DNA of 63,071 bases, filler included, from Octopus bimaculoides (taxonomy: Eukaryota): assembly GCF_001194135.2 (NCBI RefSeq). It is 6 parts of 5 records of this genome, joined end to end, with 100 filler letters (N's around TTAATTAATTAA, not from the genome) between each part and the next. Parts side by side here need not be neighbours in the genome. Positions count along the whole stretch, not along the records: positions 1 to 9,101 come from NC_068993.1; positions 9,202 to 25,173 come from NC_068991.1; 4 more parts are not named here. One strand, 5' to 3'. Under the pieces are notes generated by a model that saw nothing but the letters and a program-made list of their open reading frames with translations, did not search any database and had not been told where the DNA came from. Shown piece after piece: positions 1 through 11,690 of this stretch; position 1 is the stretch's first letter, and each line of letters opens with the position of its first letter. Position numbers and translations under genes: made by a program.

Positions 1-9
1 TATATATAT

Positions 10-176
10 CGTATTTTAATGTGTGTAAGGAACTCTCGTCTATAAGGAACCCCCTAATTTTGGATGCTTAAAATTTGGAAAAGGATTATAATATTATCCA
101 TGTATAACAAAATCATGAGCTTTTTAAACCTGATTTTTTACAAAAAAACGGGGTCCTTATGCACGTTAAAATACTG
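10..176. mobile_element. Short pogo/Tigger-like MITE
   Basis: Left end CGTATTTTAATGTGTGTAAGGAAC is an imperfect inverted repeat of the right end GGGTCCTTATGCACGTTAAAATACTG. Non-coding. Superfamily assigned by end-sequence resemblance only. Confidence 0.5.
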
Positions 177-465
177 CCTATATGAGAAGGTAGCGCTGAG
201 CACAATAACAAAACAAAATCACTGGAGCGGCAAATTGTAATAGTCGTATTACTTCAACACTTAAAAAAAATGGAAAGTGTTATAACGTAACGCTTGATTT
301 CCATGAGAAGAAAGATATAAAAAAGACAAAATACAAGAAGATGAATGAGAAAAGTTGGTTGGAGAAAGAAATGTTATGTATTTAGGGATCATTTTCAATC
401 TTTCCTCTCTTCACTACTATCAGTCATTTAACTGCATACATGCTGGAAACGCATTTGTAAATATA

Positions 466-805
466 CCGTAAATCCTCGAGTATAATCCGCACTTTTTTCC
501 CATAATTTAAAGCTCAAAATTTCTAGTGCGTACTATATACGAGGTTAAAAATGAAAAATATTTTCTAAGCAAAATTTTCTAAGTGATAAATATGTAAAGG
601 CAATTTACTTAATATTTATTTTTCACTGACGTTATTACTGTTATTTCTTTATTTTCAACAAGGGAAGTTCACAAAAAGTTATATGTTTGCATTATGTTAT
701 ATATACAATAATAATAAAGGACGTTACTGTATATACGTTTGCAATCCAAGGACGTTATATAGACCTCCTTGACTCAAGTTAGAGAAGGGGTGCGTATTAT
801 ACACA
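466..805. mobile_element. Tc1/pogo-type MITE, left part (right end lost in gap)
   Basis: Starts TA|CCGTAAATCCTCGAGTATAATCCGC. The interior (ttaaaaatgaaaaatattttctaagc...agagaaggggtgcgtattat) is nearly identical to 10780-11035, which ends in the reverse-complement TIR. Confidence 0.8.
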
Positions 806-1904
806 NNNNNNNNNNNNNNNNNNNNNNNNNNNNNNNNNNNNNNNNNNNNNNNNNNNNNNNNNNNNNNNNNNNNNNNNNNNNNNNNNNNNNNNNNNNNNNN
901 NNNNNNNNNNNNNNNNNNNNNNNNNNNNNNNNNNNNNNNNNNNNNNNNNNNNNNNNNNNNNNNNNNNNNNNNNNNNNNNNNNNNNNNNNNNNNNNNNNNN
1001 NNNNNNNNNNNNNNNNNNNNNNNNNNNNNNNNNNNNNNNNNNNNNNNNNNNNNNNNNNNNNNNNNNNNNNNNNNNNNNNNNNNNNNNNNNNNNNNNNNNN
1101 NNNNNNNNNNNNNNNNNNNNNNNNNNNNNNNNNNNNNNNNNNNNNNNNNNNNNNNNNNNNNNNNNNNNNNNNNNNNNNNNNNNNNNNNNNNNNNNNNNNN
1201 NNNNNNNNNNNNNNNNNNNNNNNNNNNNNNNNNNNNNNNNNNNNNNNNNNNNNNNNNNNNNNNNNNNNNNNNNNNNNNNNNNNNNNNNNNNNNNNNNNNN
1301 NNNNNNNNNNNNNNNNNNNNNNNNNNNNNNNNNNNNNNNNNNNNNNNNNNNNNNNNNNNNNNNNNNNNNNNNNNNNNNNNNNNNNNNNNNNNNNNNNNNN
1401 NNNNNNNNNNNNNNNNNNNNNNNNNNNNNNNNNNNNNNNNNNNNNNNNNNNNNNNNNNNNNNNNNNNNNNNNNNNNNNNNNNNNNNNNNNNNNNNNNNNN
1501 NNNNNNNNNNNNNNNNNNNNNNNNNNNNNNNNNNNNNNNNNNNNNNNNNNNNNNNNNNNNNNNNNNNNNNNNNNNNNNNNNNNNNNNNNNNNNNNNNNNN
1601 NNNNNNNNNNNNNNNNNNNNNNNNNNNNNNNNNNNNNNNNNNNNNNNNNNNNNNNNNNNNNNNNNNNNNNNNNNNNNNNNNNNNNNNNNNNNNNNNNNNN
1701 NNNNNNNNNNNNNNNNNNNNNNNNNNNNNNNNNNNNNNNNNNNNNNNNNNNNNNNNNTATATATATATATATATATATGTATGTATATAAGTATATATGT
1801 ATAGTTTAGGACAATCAGTAAGTTGTCATAATAGGACTCAGAGTTTCAAATTCCGGAGCTAAGAGCTACGATACTTTTTCATCGGCTATTGTGATATAAT
1901 AGCC

Positions 1905-2170
1905 GACAAGAATGCAAGATTATATGGAATGCTAGAGGGTAATGTAAAAGTGATATCAGTGGTGATCGGAGCGTTGGGCTCAATCCCACTGAAACTTCAA
2001 AACTTCTTAAGGCAACTGGAAATCTCATGCAAGATCGATGTCTTGCAAAAAGCAGCCTTATTGGGCACAGCGCACATCTTAAGGAAAGTATTATCTGTCT
2101 GAGGCTCTTGTTGTGGTTTGACAGACGACTAAAGACACCGGTGTATTTTTACCTACACTTTCTTACGAAG

Positions 2171-2171
<1 letters not shown>
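1905..2171 (+). mobile_element. R4/Dong-like RLE non-LTR retrotransposon, 3' fragment
   Basis: Translates VKVISVVIGALGSIPLKLQNFLRQLEISCKIDVLQKAALLGTAHILRKVLSV* (stop 2100-2102), the typical R4-clade C-terminus. Short 3' UTR, then (AAT)n from 2172. Confidence 0.85.
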
Positions 2172-2249
<78 letters not shown>

Positions 2250-2250
2250 G

Positions 2251-2305
<55 letters not shown>
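2172..2305. repeat. (AAT)n microsatellite
   Basis: Direct reading. Confidence 0.98.
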
Positions 2306-2307
<2 letters not shown>

Positions 2308-2860
2308 GCCCGGATGCAGTACCAGGCAGTGGGTCTCCTGGCTTCTGATCTCAATTGATTGCAAGTGTTATCATGTACATTGATTTGTCTTTGTATAAAA
2401 GATGGGCTACAGCAAATATTCTGCTCAATACCACAGATTTGCTTGTCAGTTGTTTGACCGTAACCAGTTGCGCATGACCCCTGGTAGCTGACGATATGTG
2501 CATCTCCGATCATGAGCAGAAGTAGTGGGGGAGCATCATAGCCATGTGTTGAGAGGAATTCTTTGGGGTTTGAATAATTCACCTTTGGAAACATTGGTAT
2601 TTTGCTCAACATCCTTAAACAAACCGTTTCAGGGACCTTTTGAGTGGGATGGGCTACTCGACCTGAAGATAATTCTAACTGGGCCCCACCTGCGTGGTCA
2701 TGCGCTATTTATCCTGATATGAGATCTCCATGTCGCGCACATATGGTTGTGATGCATGTGCCTGGTGTACCCTTATCAGACTGGTAGTCATGATGGGTAG
2801 AATAGGCTTCGTATATTTGACCCCAGTGTCACTTTGATGGCAAGGACTGCTCTCTCACTC
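2306..2860. mobile_element. 555-bp non-coding interspersed element flanked by (AAT)n on both sides
   Basis: Complex sequence with sharp borders (aataa|ATGCCCGGATGCAG ... CTCTCTCACTC|aataat). No recognisable protein or tRNA head. Recalled as a common octopus repeat, unverified. Confidence 0.6.
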
Positions 2861-2906
<46 letters not shown>

Positions 2907-2908
<2 letters not shown>

Positions 2909-3280
2909 CGGGCTGATTACTACCTAGCTCAAATACCAGGAAATCCCAAAATGGCTGAAGTTCAAAAGATAGTGCTCATGGGAACTGCCCATATCCTACG
3001 TAAAATACAGCGTAACGGGCTGATTACTACCTAGCTCAAATTCCAGGAAACCCCAAAATGGCTGAAGTTCAAAAGATAGTGCTCATGGGAGCTGCCCATA
3101 TCCTACGTAAAATACTGTCCATGTGATCTCAAATTTCTCTAGAACAACACTGTACAAATTCAAATATATGGTACCCTAGGCATAACACCTACATGAACTT
3201 CTAACTTGTTGTCTCTTGAGGTCTCTGAGTGAGACTTGGATCCAACTTGTACAAATGCAAAGCAAAAGTCAAACATAAAA
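2907..3280 (+). mobile_element. R4/Dong-like 3' fragment with a 102-bp tandem duplication
   Basis: RADYYLAQIPGNPKMAEVQKIVLMG(T/A)AHILRKI occurs twice (2907-3008, 3014-3115). The second copy ends LSM* at 3126. 3' UTR, then (TAA)n. Preceded by (AAT)n at 2861-2906. Confidence 0.85.
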
Positions 3281-3298
3281 TAATAATAATAATAATAT

Positions 3299-3332
<34 letters not shown>

Positions 3333-3708
3333 CAACCCAATATATATATATGTATGCATGTATGTATGTATGTATAAATATACATAAAATACACATTTTC
3401 AAATATGAATGCATATATTAAAAGACATTACTTACTTTTTGCCAATTCCCTCAGAACATAAGAATATGCCAATGTCAAACAAGACAGCATCACGAAGAGG
3501 ACATATGCTACTGTAACGGACTTCATGGTTGATGTCGGGTCAGTATCTGTAACCTTCGTCAGTTTAGTCTTTGAGACAACTCCAGTTCAAAGTGTCCCGT
3601 CTCTCTATTTATATGGGCATGCATATGTGGGGGGTGAGGGTGGAGCGTATTGTGGGTTTTGTGATTGTAGTGCCAGAAGGTTGTGGCTTTGTGTGAACGT
3701 GTGTGCGT

Positions 3709-3723
3709 GTGTCTGCGTGTGTC

Positions 3724-3810
<87 letters not shown>
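3709..3810. repeat. (GT)n microsatellite
   Basis: Direct reading. Confidence 0.97.
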
Positions 3811-3811
<1 letters not shown>

Positions 3812-4552
3812 TGAGTGTGTTTCATGACGAACATATACATTTTTGCTGATATGCATTCATATACGAGTATATACTTAAAAGAAAGGGGAAATGACAAAGG
3901 TACTGGGACAAAATGAGAGAGAGGGAATGGGAGAGAGAGTGGCGGGGGTGGAGAAAGAGAAGGAGAGAGTGAAGAGGGAGAGAAGGAGAATGAATGAATG
4001 AATGAATGAAGGGCAGAGGAAAAAGCTATAGAAAGACAGAAAAGTGAGTAAAGAGGGAGAGAATATATAAGTGTTGAAAGAGACAATTGAAATTATATCA
4101 AAACCAATTAGATAATAGAAAAATAGGCGGAGAGGACACGTGTACTGGAGTGAAAAGAGGGAGGGATATATACACAGAGATATTGTGAGAGAGAGAAAGA
4201 AAGAAAGAGAGTGTGAGGGGGATGGGGAGGGTGAGAGACATGGTAGTGGTCAGGACCGATAAGGGGTCATGACATATTTCCGTGAAGGGCGTGTCCCTGA
4301 CTATTGTAATAAGTTTGATTTTTGGGTAACTTCCATGAAGTGTAAAACACGCACGCATATACACGGATATTACTATGTGCGTGTGTAACTGAATGTGATG
4401 GCATATTTGTGTGCGCGCGTGTGCATAAGTGAGTGTGTATGTTTGTATACATATATGAACTATGTATGCATGGATGGATGGATGGTTGTATGGATAGATG
4501 GATGTATATTAATGCTCATATGTATAGATACAGATATGGATTTATATCTGTG

Positions 4553-4595
<43 letters not shown>

Positions 4596-6299
4596 TNNNN
4601 NNNNNNNNNNNNNNNNNNNNNNNNNNNNNNNNNNNNNNNNNNNNNNNNNNNNNNNNNNNNNNNNNNNNNNNNNNATATATATAGATTATATACATACATT
4701 CATACATGCATACATATATACACATATCGTGCACACTCGTGCGAGCATTATACACTTATATGTGTGTATGTGTGTATTTGTGTGCGTGTGTATAGATACA
4801 TATGTGCGTGAGTGTGCGTATATATGTATCTATCTATATATATATATACATACGTAATATACATATATATACACATACGTGTGTACGTGTGTTTATGTAA
4901 GGGGTGTGGTTGCAGGTGGGGTGTGTTGTACATGCATGTGTTTGGTTTGTGTCCTCGTGTGTTTTGAGCGAGATTAGAAATCCGTTCAAAGACAATCATT
5001 GCACAATGGAGGTCATTTCTCATTGCAACGGATGTTGGACATTAACAAAGCAGTATTGTGCTGTTCCGAGAGACAAGAACCCTAAGTTCAATTTCAACTA
5101 TCGAAGCATACACAGGACCTTAATAGTCAACCAATAAGTTAGAAATACAAGATGGATCTAACAAATTATAGATTACAATACTGAAAAATGAAGTAGTCGG
5201 TTGTCCGAAAAACCTGTAACTATCAAAATATAACCAGAGCCAACATTGTCACCCGATATGCTAGAAATAGAATTTAAATCTAACATAAGTTCTAGTTTAA
5301 TGTATTAGGAAATGAAGAAGACAAAATTTAGAGCAAATAGCCCAAGCTACCCATTGTCCAGACAAAATCGTTTACACCTTGAGTTATATAGTATGAGTCT
5401 GCATTTATATAATCATTCAATCTGGTAGAAATAGAAGCTAAATCTAACACTAATTCCAGCTTGCATGATTGTAAGCTGAATAATACTAATTTCAGCTTAC
5501 ATTATTGAAAAATAGTGTAAGTTACGGGAACTTAAACAAACCAACATCGGTTGTCAAGTAGTGGGGAAGAGTGACAAATGCATACACAAAAGCACACACT
5601 CACACACAAACAGTTATATACAATCCCCCCCCCACACACACTTTCACATATAAAGCTTAAAATCAAGGGGTTTGAGAAGTGCAATGTTATCCGTATGATT
5701 ACAGCCGTTTCGTAAACTTCATGTAGTATTAATTTCAGTCTACAAATCGCGCACATTTGCATCAATATGTATGCTTGGCATTATAAACTACAATTGTATA
5801 CTGGATCTATATTTCATTCTACTTCTACTCTTTCATATACGTATACTCGCGCGCGCGCGCACATACACACACGCACACACGCATACAGGCACACTCATAC
5901 GCACGCACACACATACACACACACACACGTACACACAAACACAGTTGACAGACATGCTCTGAGATCCCGCCAACCAAATTCACCTAGAAAATATTTGCCG
6001 GCCAGGAGCTATAATAAAAACACTTGCTCAAGGTGCCGCACAATGGCACTTGATCCGTAACCACAAAATTGTAGCCCTATGTATGTTTTCTCTTTGAGTT
6101 TTGCTTAAGTTCTTTACTAGAATTCAGATCGGGGGCTGATAAAGCGACGAGACTTTTTGAGTTAAGAGAATTCTCACTGTTTGTAAATAAGTGGTTAAGT
6201 TGGTGTGCTGGTTGAGCTTTCGATGCACACACCCAAGTGTGTGTATCTATTCATCTAAAGACTCTCAGATGGTGAATATTTGCAATGTCTTACAAATAT

Positions 6300-7460
6300 A
6301 ACCTCTTACAAATATAACCTCTTTCGCAACTGCCACTACTATAAGAAAACAAATCTTCTTTATTCAAGGAGGCAGGTGGAGCAATATTTACAATTGACTC
6401 AGCAGACAGTTGTACTCTTCCAACACTTGACAGCAGTTGTTCGACATAAGTCCACAGATCCGACACACCTGAACACTGTTCAATCGCATGCAGGACGGTT
6501 TCCCTATCCAGCACGCATCTTGGGCAAGTTGGCGAAACGGAGCAGCCATGCTTTGCGAGCTTATCCCGGACAGGTAAGGTGCCTCGATAACACTACCAGG
6601 CCTGAGATTTCTGGAAATCATCCAGCGACCCCGGCCCGAATGTTCTTCGGAACAGGCTGGTGAGATGATCATTGTCGAGGCCTAAGGTATCATCACACTT
6701 CGGCTCTACTAACCATCTATAGAATGAAGCAGCTGAACCACCACAGCTGGTATTGCCCAAGCGATAGAAAAGTACAGGACCCTTTCGACACTCCTTATAC
6801 CAAGTGCTCAACTTAGATCTACGATAGACCCAGGATTCCAGTCCACAAAAACGTGTGAATTTGGGAAACGTCGATTTAACGAGCGAAGACCACACCCGTT
6901 CACCATCCAGGTAGAGCCACAGATGCCTCAGCCTCAGCGCATGTCTGCGCATCATCAGCCACGGCATCCTTATCCCACCCTTTAACGGTTGTTGGCAGCC
7001 TCGCAAGTGGTCCTGTGCCCTTCCACAAAAAGTGAAAGAGCAGTCGTTCCAACTTGATCAGCCACGAATCGGGACAAGGCACGACGGTTAGGCGGTAAAT
7101 AATCACCGATGCAATAAACACATTGGCACCCTCTGCCCTCCTTTTCAGGGATAGCCACTGCCCAGACCATGTCTGGGTTAGGTGGATCACCCTGCTCGAT
7201 AGCTCGCTCCAATTCTTCTCTATCTGGAGATCTGGTCCAAACCAGACCCCTAGCAGTTCAATCGGACCCTCCATCCAACGTACCACGACGCCGTTAAGAG
7301 GAATCGACTTGCACCTCCAGGTGCCGAGTTGCAAGCCGATTGACTTTTCACGGTTAACCTTTGCTCCTGCCACCGTCTCGTATTCCTTAATGGCGTCGCC
7401 TACCCTCCATAGATACTCCACTTCGGATACGATTATAGTGATATCATCCGCGTATGCTGT
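6300..7460 (-). mobile_element. L1/Tx1-clade LINE ORF2 fragment (RT C-terminal half plus CCHC), frameshifted
   Basis: Minus strand gives AYADDITI at 7441-7458, then GAKVNREKSIGLQLG..., LLGVWFGPDLQIEKNW, LERLLFHFLWKG, LPVRDKLAKHG and the zinc motif CPRCVLDRETVLHAIEQC. Confidence 0.92.
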
Positions 7461-7475
7461 TACTATAACAACGAT

Positions 7476-7680
7476 CTGGCAGAATCGTTAGCGTACCGGG
7501 CAAAACGCGGAGAGGAGTTTTTTTCCAGTTCTTAATGTTCTGAGTTCAAATTCCTCGGAGATCAACTCTGCTTTTCATCTTTTCGGGATCCATAAAATAA
7601 AGAATCAGTTGAGTAAAGGAGTCGATGTAATCGACTTGCCCCTCCATCTAAAATTGCTGGCCGCGTGCATATAAGAGAAA
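7476..7680 (+). mobile_element. tRNA-derived SINE, family A
   Basis: Head CTGGCAGAATCGTTAGC with B-box-like GAGTTCAAATTCC. Core CTTTTCATCTTTTCGGGATCCATAAAA...GTCGATGTAATCGACT is shared with the copies at 14.7-15.1, 30.2 and 41.0 kb. Confidence 0.8.
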
Positions 7681-9065
7681 GTCTTATCCACTAATTGTAT
7701 TTTCAATCTAAATCAATTCACAATCAAATTCCTTTTTCTTACATTAATAATTTCCCAAATGAATTAATCGATTTAGTCCCAAATTGATTTGGTCGATCCG
7801 GGACTGAATCGATCTAAGATGCCCTAAAATAGCTGGAGCTGGGATGCTCGGGGAGAACTGAAAAACTAAGGATAAAGATAGCCCCAGAGTGGAAACCCAA
7901 AGGGGAAAAGTCGTTGATTAACTATGCTCCACAGGAAGAGAAGGGTTTAAATAAGTAAATATGTATTGGACTAAATTATTCAATTTTCCTAAACAGTGTG
8001 ATTAAGTGAGATTTAGCTGCTGTTTCGAGCATAATATGCAACCAAGTAGAGGTAGCCACGTTGTGTAATTAAAATACAGGTTGATCAAGTATACAACCAA
8101 AAGGCTTTTCAGCGGAGGCTATCTATTTCTTTTCGGGTAATGTATATCTTGGAGTCCATCATAAACTCCTGTCCTGGTTGTGCTGTAGTGGATCGTGTGC
8201 CTCAGTAGCACACGTCTCATGCTGGACAGGTGAAAGGACAGAGGCCAGGCTAATATGGAGCATCTCCTTTCAGAGTCAAAAATGGGTTTGCTTTGGGTCA
8301 ACACATATACCGAGACAAAAAAGCAAAGTAACAGAAGTTTTAATACGAAGAAATGGGAGAGAAAGACAATCTGTCAGGGAAACATATGCATTACACGTCA
8401 GCCCCTAACCTGGAACCTACTAGTGAGGCAGACGAGAGATACCCTAAAAAGTGTTGGATGAGGCACTGAGGTAGAGCTGAGAAAACAGTGATCCAATTGA
8501 AGGGATCCAAAAAAATAGCAAAGGGCTTCAATCAGTAAATAAGTATAACTTGGACTACATTATCCAGAGCGCCTTCTCTTAAAAGTAAATAGTTGGATGT
8601 TATCCGAGTTAGATTTGACAATTATTTTGAGCAGAACATACTACCAAGTAGAGGTAAACACGTTGCGTATATTAAAATATAAATGGTCATATCGTACATA
8701 AAACCACATTTTCTTCATCAATTAGATATTTCTTTTTGTTAGCTACTGTTTTAATACATTTACTATTGGTTTATTGGCGGGTAAGGGCAAATCGGAAGAA
8801 CTACTTGTCGTTCCGGTGGTACATTGAGCAATGATAATTGTATTAACAATGGTTATTCTCAATAATCATTTCCCCATTTCTTTATGTAACGGAACAGAGA
8901 ACTACAGGCGATTACTGGCGGGGCATTATAATGCTGCACCCTTCATTGTGGTCTTTGTGATTTTCGTTTCATGCGCACACACGCACACACACAAACTCAC
9001 ACCTCCCAGACACAACCTCACACATATTCATGAACAAGTGCAGGCACGCATTTATGTATATATAC

Positions 9066-9101
<36 letters not shown>

Positions 9102-9962
9102 NNNNNNNNNNNNNNNNNNNNNNNNNNNNNNNNNNNNNNNNNNNNTTAATTAATTAANNNNNNNNNNNNNNNNNNNNNNNNNNNNNNNNNNNNNNNNNNN
9201 NCCAAGGACCGGGCAAAACTAATTTATTGCATGCGAGATAGTGGAATTTATGAGTTCTTGCATAGCTTCCTTCCATCTCTCTCTCTTCCTCCTTACACCC
9301 TAGATTTCTCATTTTTTACGTTTTTTTCCCTTGTCCCTTTCACTATTTTTCTTTCTACGTCTATCCCTTTCTCTCTCTCCTCCCTCTTTCGCTCTCTCTC
9401 TCGCTATGTCCTTTTTTTTTTGTCTGTCATACAATGGACAGGTTCCGTGTTATGAGAGCCAATGTAGTTATGAGGTCAACCAGCTGGACTAGTAACCTCG
9501 TGGTCAAATGTTCTAATTTTACAGCATCTATTGTGTGTGGTGGCGTGCCTACCCTTCTTCACTCCATAATACGCATTACTCTTCTGCCTTAGCTGTCAAC
9601 TTGTTCCACTCCTACTTCACAGATGACTGCTTAACCGTTGCTGTAAAAACAATTTACACAAATAATTGGCAAAAGCTCTCATTTGCAAACTCTCATCCCG
9701 AATTGGATGAAATGCAGAGAATAGAAAATACATTTATATCAATTATATGTTCGTGCGTGTGTGTTGCGTAGGTGTGTATAAATGTGAATGTGTGTGAGTG
9801 TGAACGGGTATGTGTGTGGGTGTGGTGGTTGCTGGTGGAAGTTCATTTTTTTTTGGTGGGAATGGGGGTCATTTAATTGTGGCAAACAGAAATGCGAAAC
9901 TCAGAGTAGTGATGTGTTGCGTGGGTGAATACACAGCTTCAAATAAATTGTATAGTTTGTGG

Positions 9963-10007
<45 letters not shown>

Positions 10008-10128
10008 TTTATGTATATATGTATATATATATGCACACACACGCACACACACACACATACATATATATATATATTTACATACATATGTATGTTTATATAG
10101 GTATACGTATGTATAGACGTAAGTGTGT

Positions 10129-10309
10129 GGAGGCGCAACGGCCCAGTGGTTAGAGCAGCGGACTCGCGTTCGTGGGATCGCGGTTTCGATTCTCAGACCT
10201 GGCGTTGTGAATGTTTATTGAACGAAAACATCTGAAGCGTCACGAGGCTCCGCCAGGTGGGGTGACGAACCCTGCTGTACTTTTTCACCACAACTTTCTC
10301 TCGCTCTTT
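10129..10309 (+). mobile_element. tRNA-derived SINE, family C (cut by gap)
   Basis: GGAGGCGCAACGGCCCAGTGGTTAGAGC (A-box-like) and GGTTTCGATTCTC (B-box-like), followed by a non-tRNA body. Confidence 0.75.
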
Positions 10310-10765
10310 NNNNNNNNNNNNNNNNNNNNNNNNNNNNNNNNNNNNNNNNNNNNNNNNNNNNNNNNNNNNNNNNNNNNNNNNNNNNNNNNNNNNNNNNNNN
10401 NNNNNNNNNNNNNNNNNNNNNNNNNNNNNNNNNNNNNNNNNNNNNNNNNNNNNNNNNNNNNNNNNNNNNNNNNNNNNNNNNNNNNNNNNNNNNNNNNNNN
10501 NNNNNNNNNNNNNNNNNNNNNNNNNNNNNNNNNNNNNNNNNNNNNNNNNNNNNNNNNNNNNNNNNNNNNNNNNNNNNNNNNNNNNNNNNNNNNNNNNNNN
10601 NNNNNNNNNNNNNNNNNNNNNNNNNNNNNNNNNNNNNNNNNNNNNNNNNNNNNNNNNNNNNNNNNNNNNNNNNNNNNNNNNNNNNNNNNNNNNNNNNNNN
10701 NNNNNNNNNNNNNNNNNNNNNNNNNNNNNNNNNNNNNNNNNNNNNNNNNNNNNNNNNNNNNNNNN

Positions 10766-11124
10766 AGTAAAAGACACTACTTAAAAATGAAAAAATATTT
10801 TCTAAGCAAAATTTTCTAAGTGATAAATATGTGAAAGGCAATTTACTTAATATTTATTTTTCACTGACGTTATTACTGTTATTTCTTTATTTTCTGCAAA
10901 GTGCACAAAAAAGCTACACGTTTGCATAATGTTATATATACAATAATAATAAAGGACGTTACCGTATATACGTTTACAAACCAAGGACGTTATATAGACC
11001 TCCTTGACTCAAGTTAGAGAAGGGGTGCGTATTATGCACAAGGTTTAGGTTTTTCAGAGGTACAGCCCCCTAAAAATCCCCTGCGTATTATACTCAAGGG
11101 CGGACTATACTCGAGGATTTACGG
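10766..11124. mobile_element. Tc1/pogo-type MITE, right part (same family as 466-805)
   Basis: Ends GCGGACTATACTCGAGGATTTACGG|TA, the reverse complement of the left TIR at 466. TA flank. Confidence 0.85.
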
Positions 11125-11549
11125 TATATATTCAGACTGTCTCCAGAAAACCGGTATGTCCAGAAACCCGGGACACTTTCGGCCCCAAGCTTGCTGTATT
11201 ATTGGTCCGGTACTGTATACTACAAGAGTCTTACTTAGTGTTCAAAGCTAGAACTTTAGTGTCATATGTAACAAGATTGATGTCTCTAAAGTAACGCTAA
11301 TTTTATTAATATTTAAATTGCTTTGTATCGAGAGACAGTTGGATTTTCAAATAAATTCTAACATATCCATCGTTTACTCCGTTCATGTTTTCGTTTATAC
11401 ATTCATTTTTTAAAATTCTTTTCCCAAATTTCAAACCAAAGACACCGTTATTTGTAACTGCTATCGATGATTGATTGTTTACTGCAGAAACCTTTGAAAA
11501 AGGATTGTCTGTGGAATGCAATATAAGGATAAGTCACTGGTCGATCAAG

Positions 11550-11690
11550 ACTAGGCTGTCAACTTGGTGATTATTACAAGAACAACAGAGGAGATGCAGT
11601 TAGATATTGGATAGTCTAAGTAGGAAAGGAAACGCGGCTGGTTTTCTTATTAACTGTTCAAAGACAGAAATGATGAATACATATTATGGC
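11550..11690 (+). mobile_element. Degraded LINE RT fragment (RTE-like, distal RT motifs)
   Basis: LVIITRTTEEMQ / LDSLSRKGNAAGFLINCSKTEMMN resembles the post-YADD segment L...GLxINxxKTxxM. One frameshift required. Confidence 0.45.

Noticed and set aside
9146-9157. TTAATTAATTAA in the middle of 100-bp N blocks (also 25218, 32856, 42473, 51739)
   Set aside because: The identical 12-mer centred in equal N runs has stops in all six frames. It is an artificial contig-join linker, not biology.
9530-9771. 78-aa ORF after a good-looking acceptor (ctaattttacag)
   Set aside because: No recognisable protein, no convincing donor, and it runs into a (GT)n repeat.
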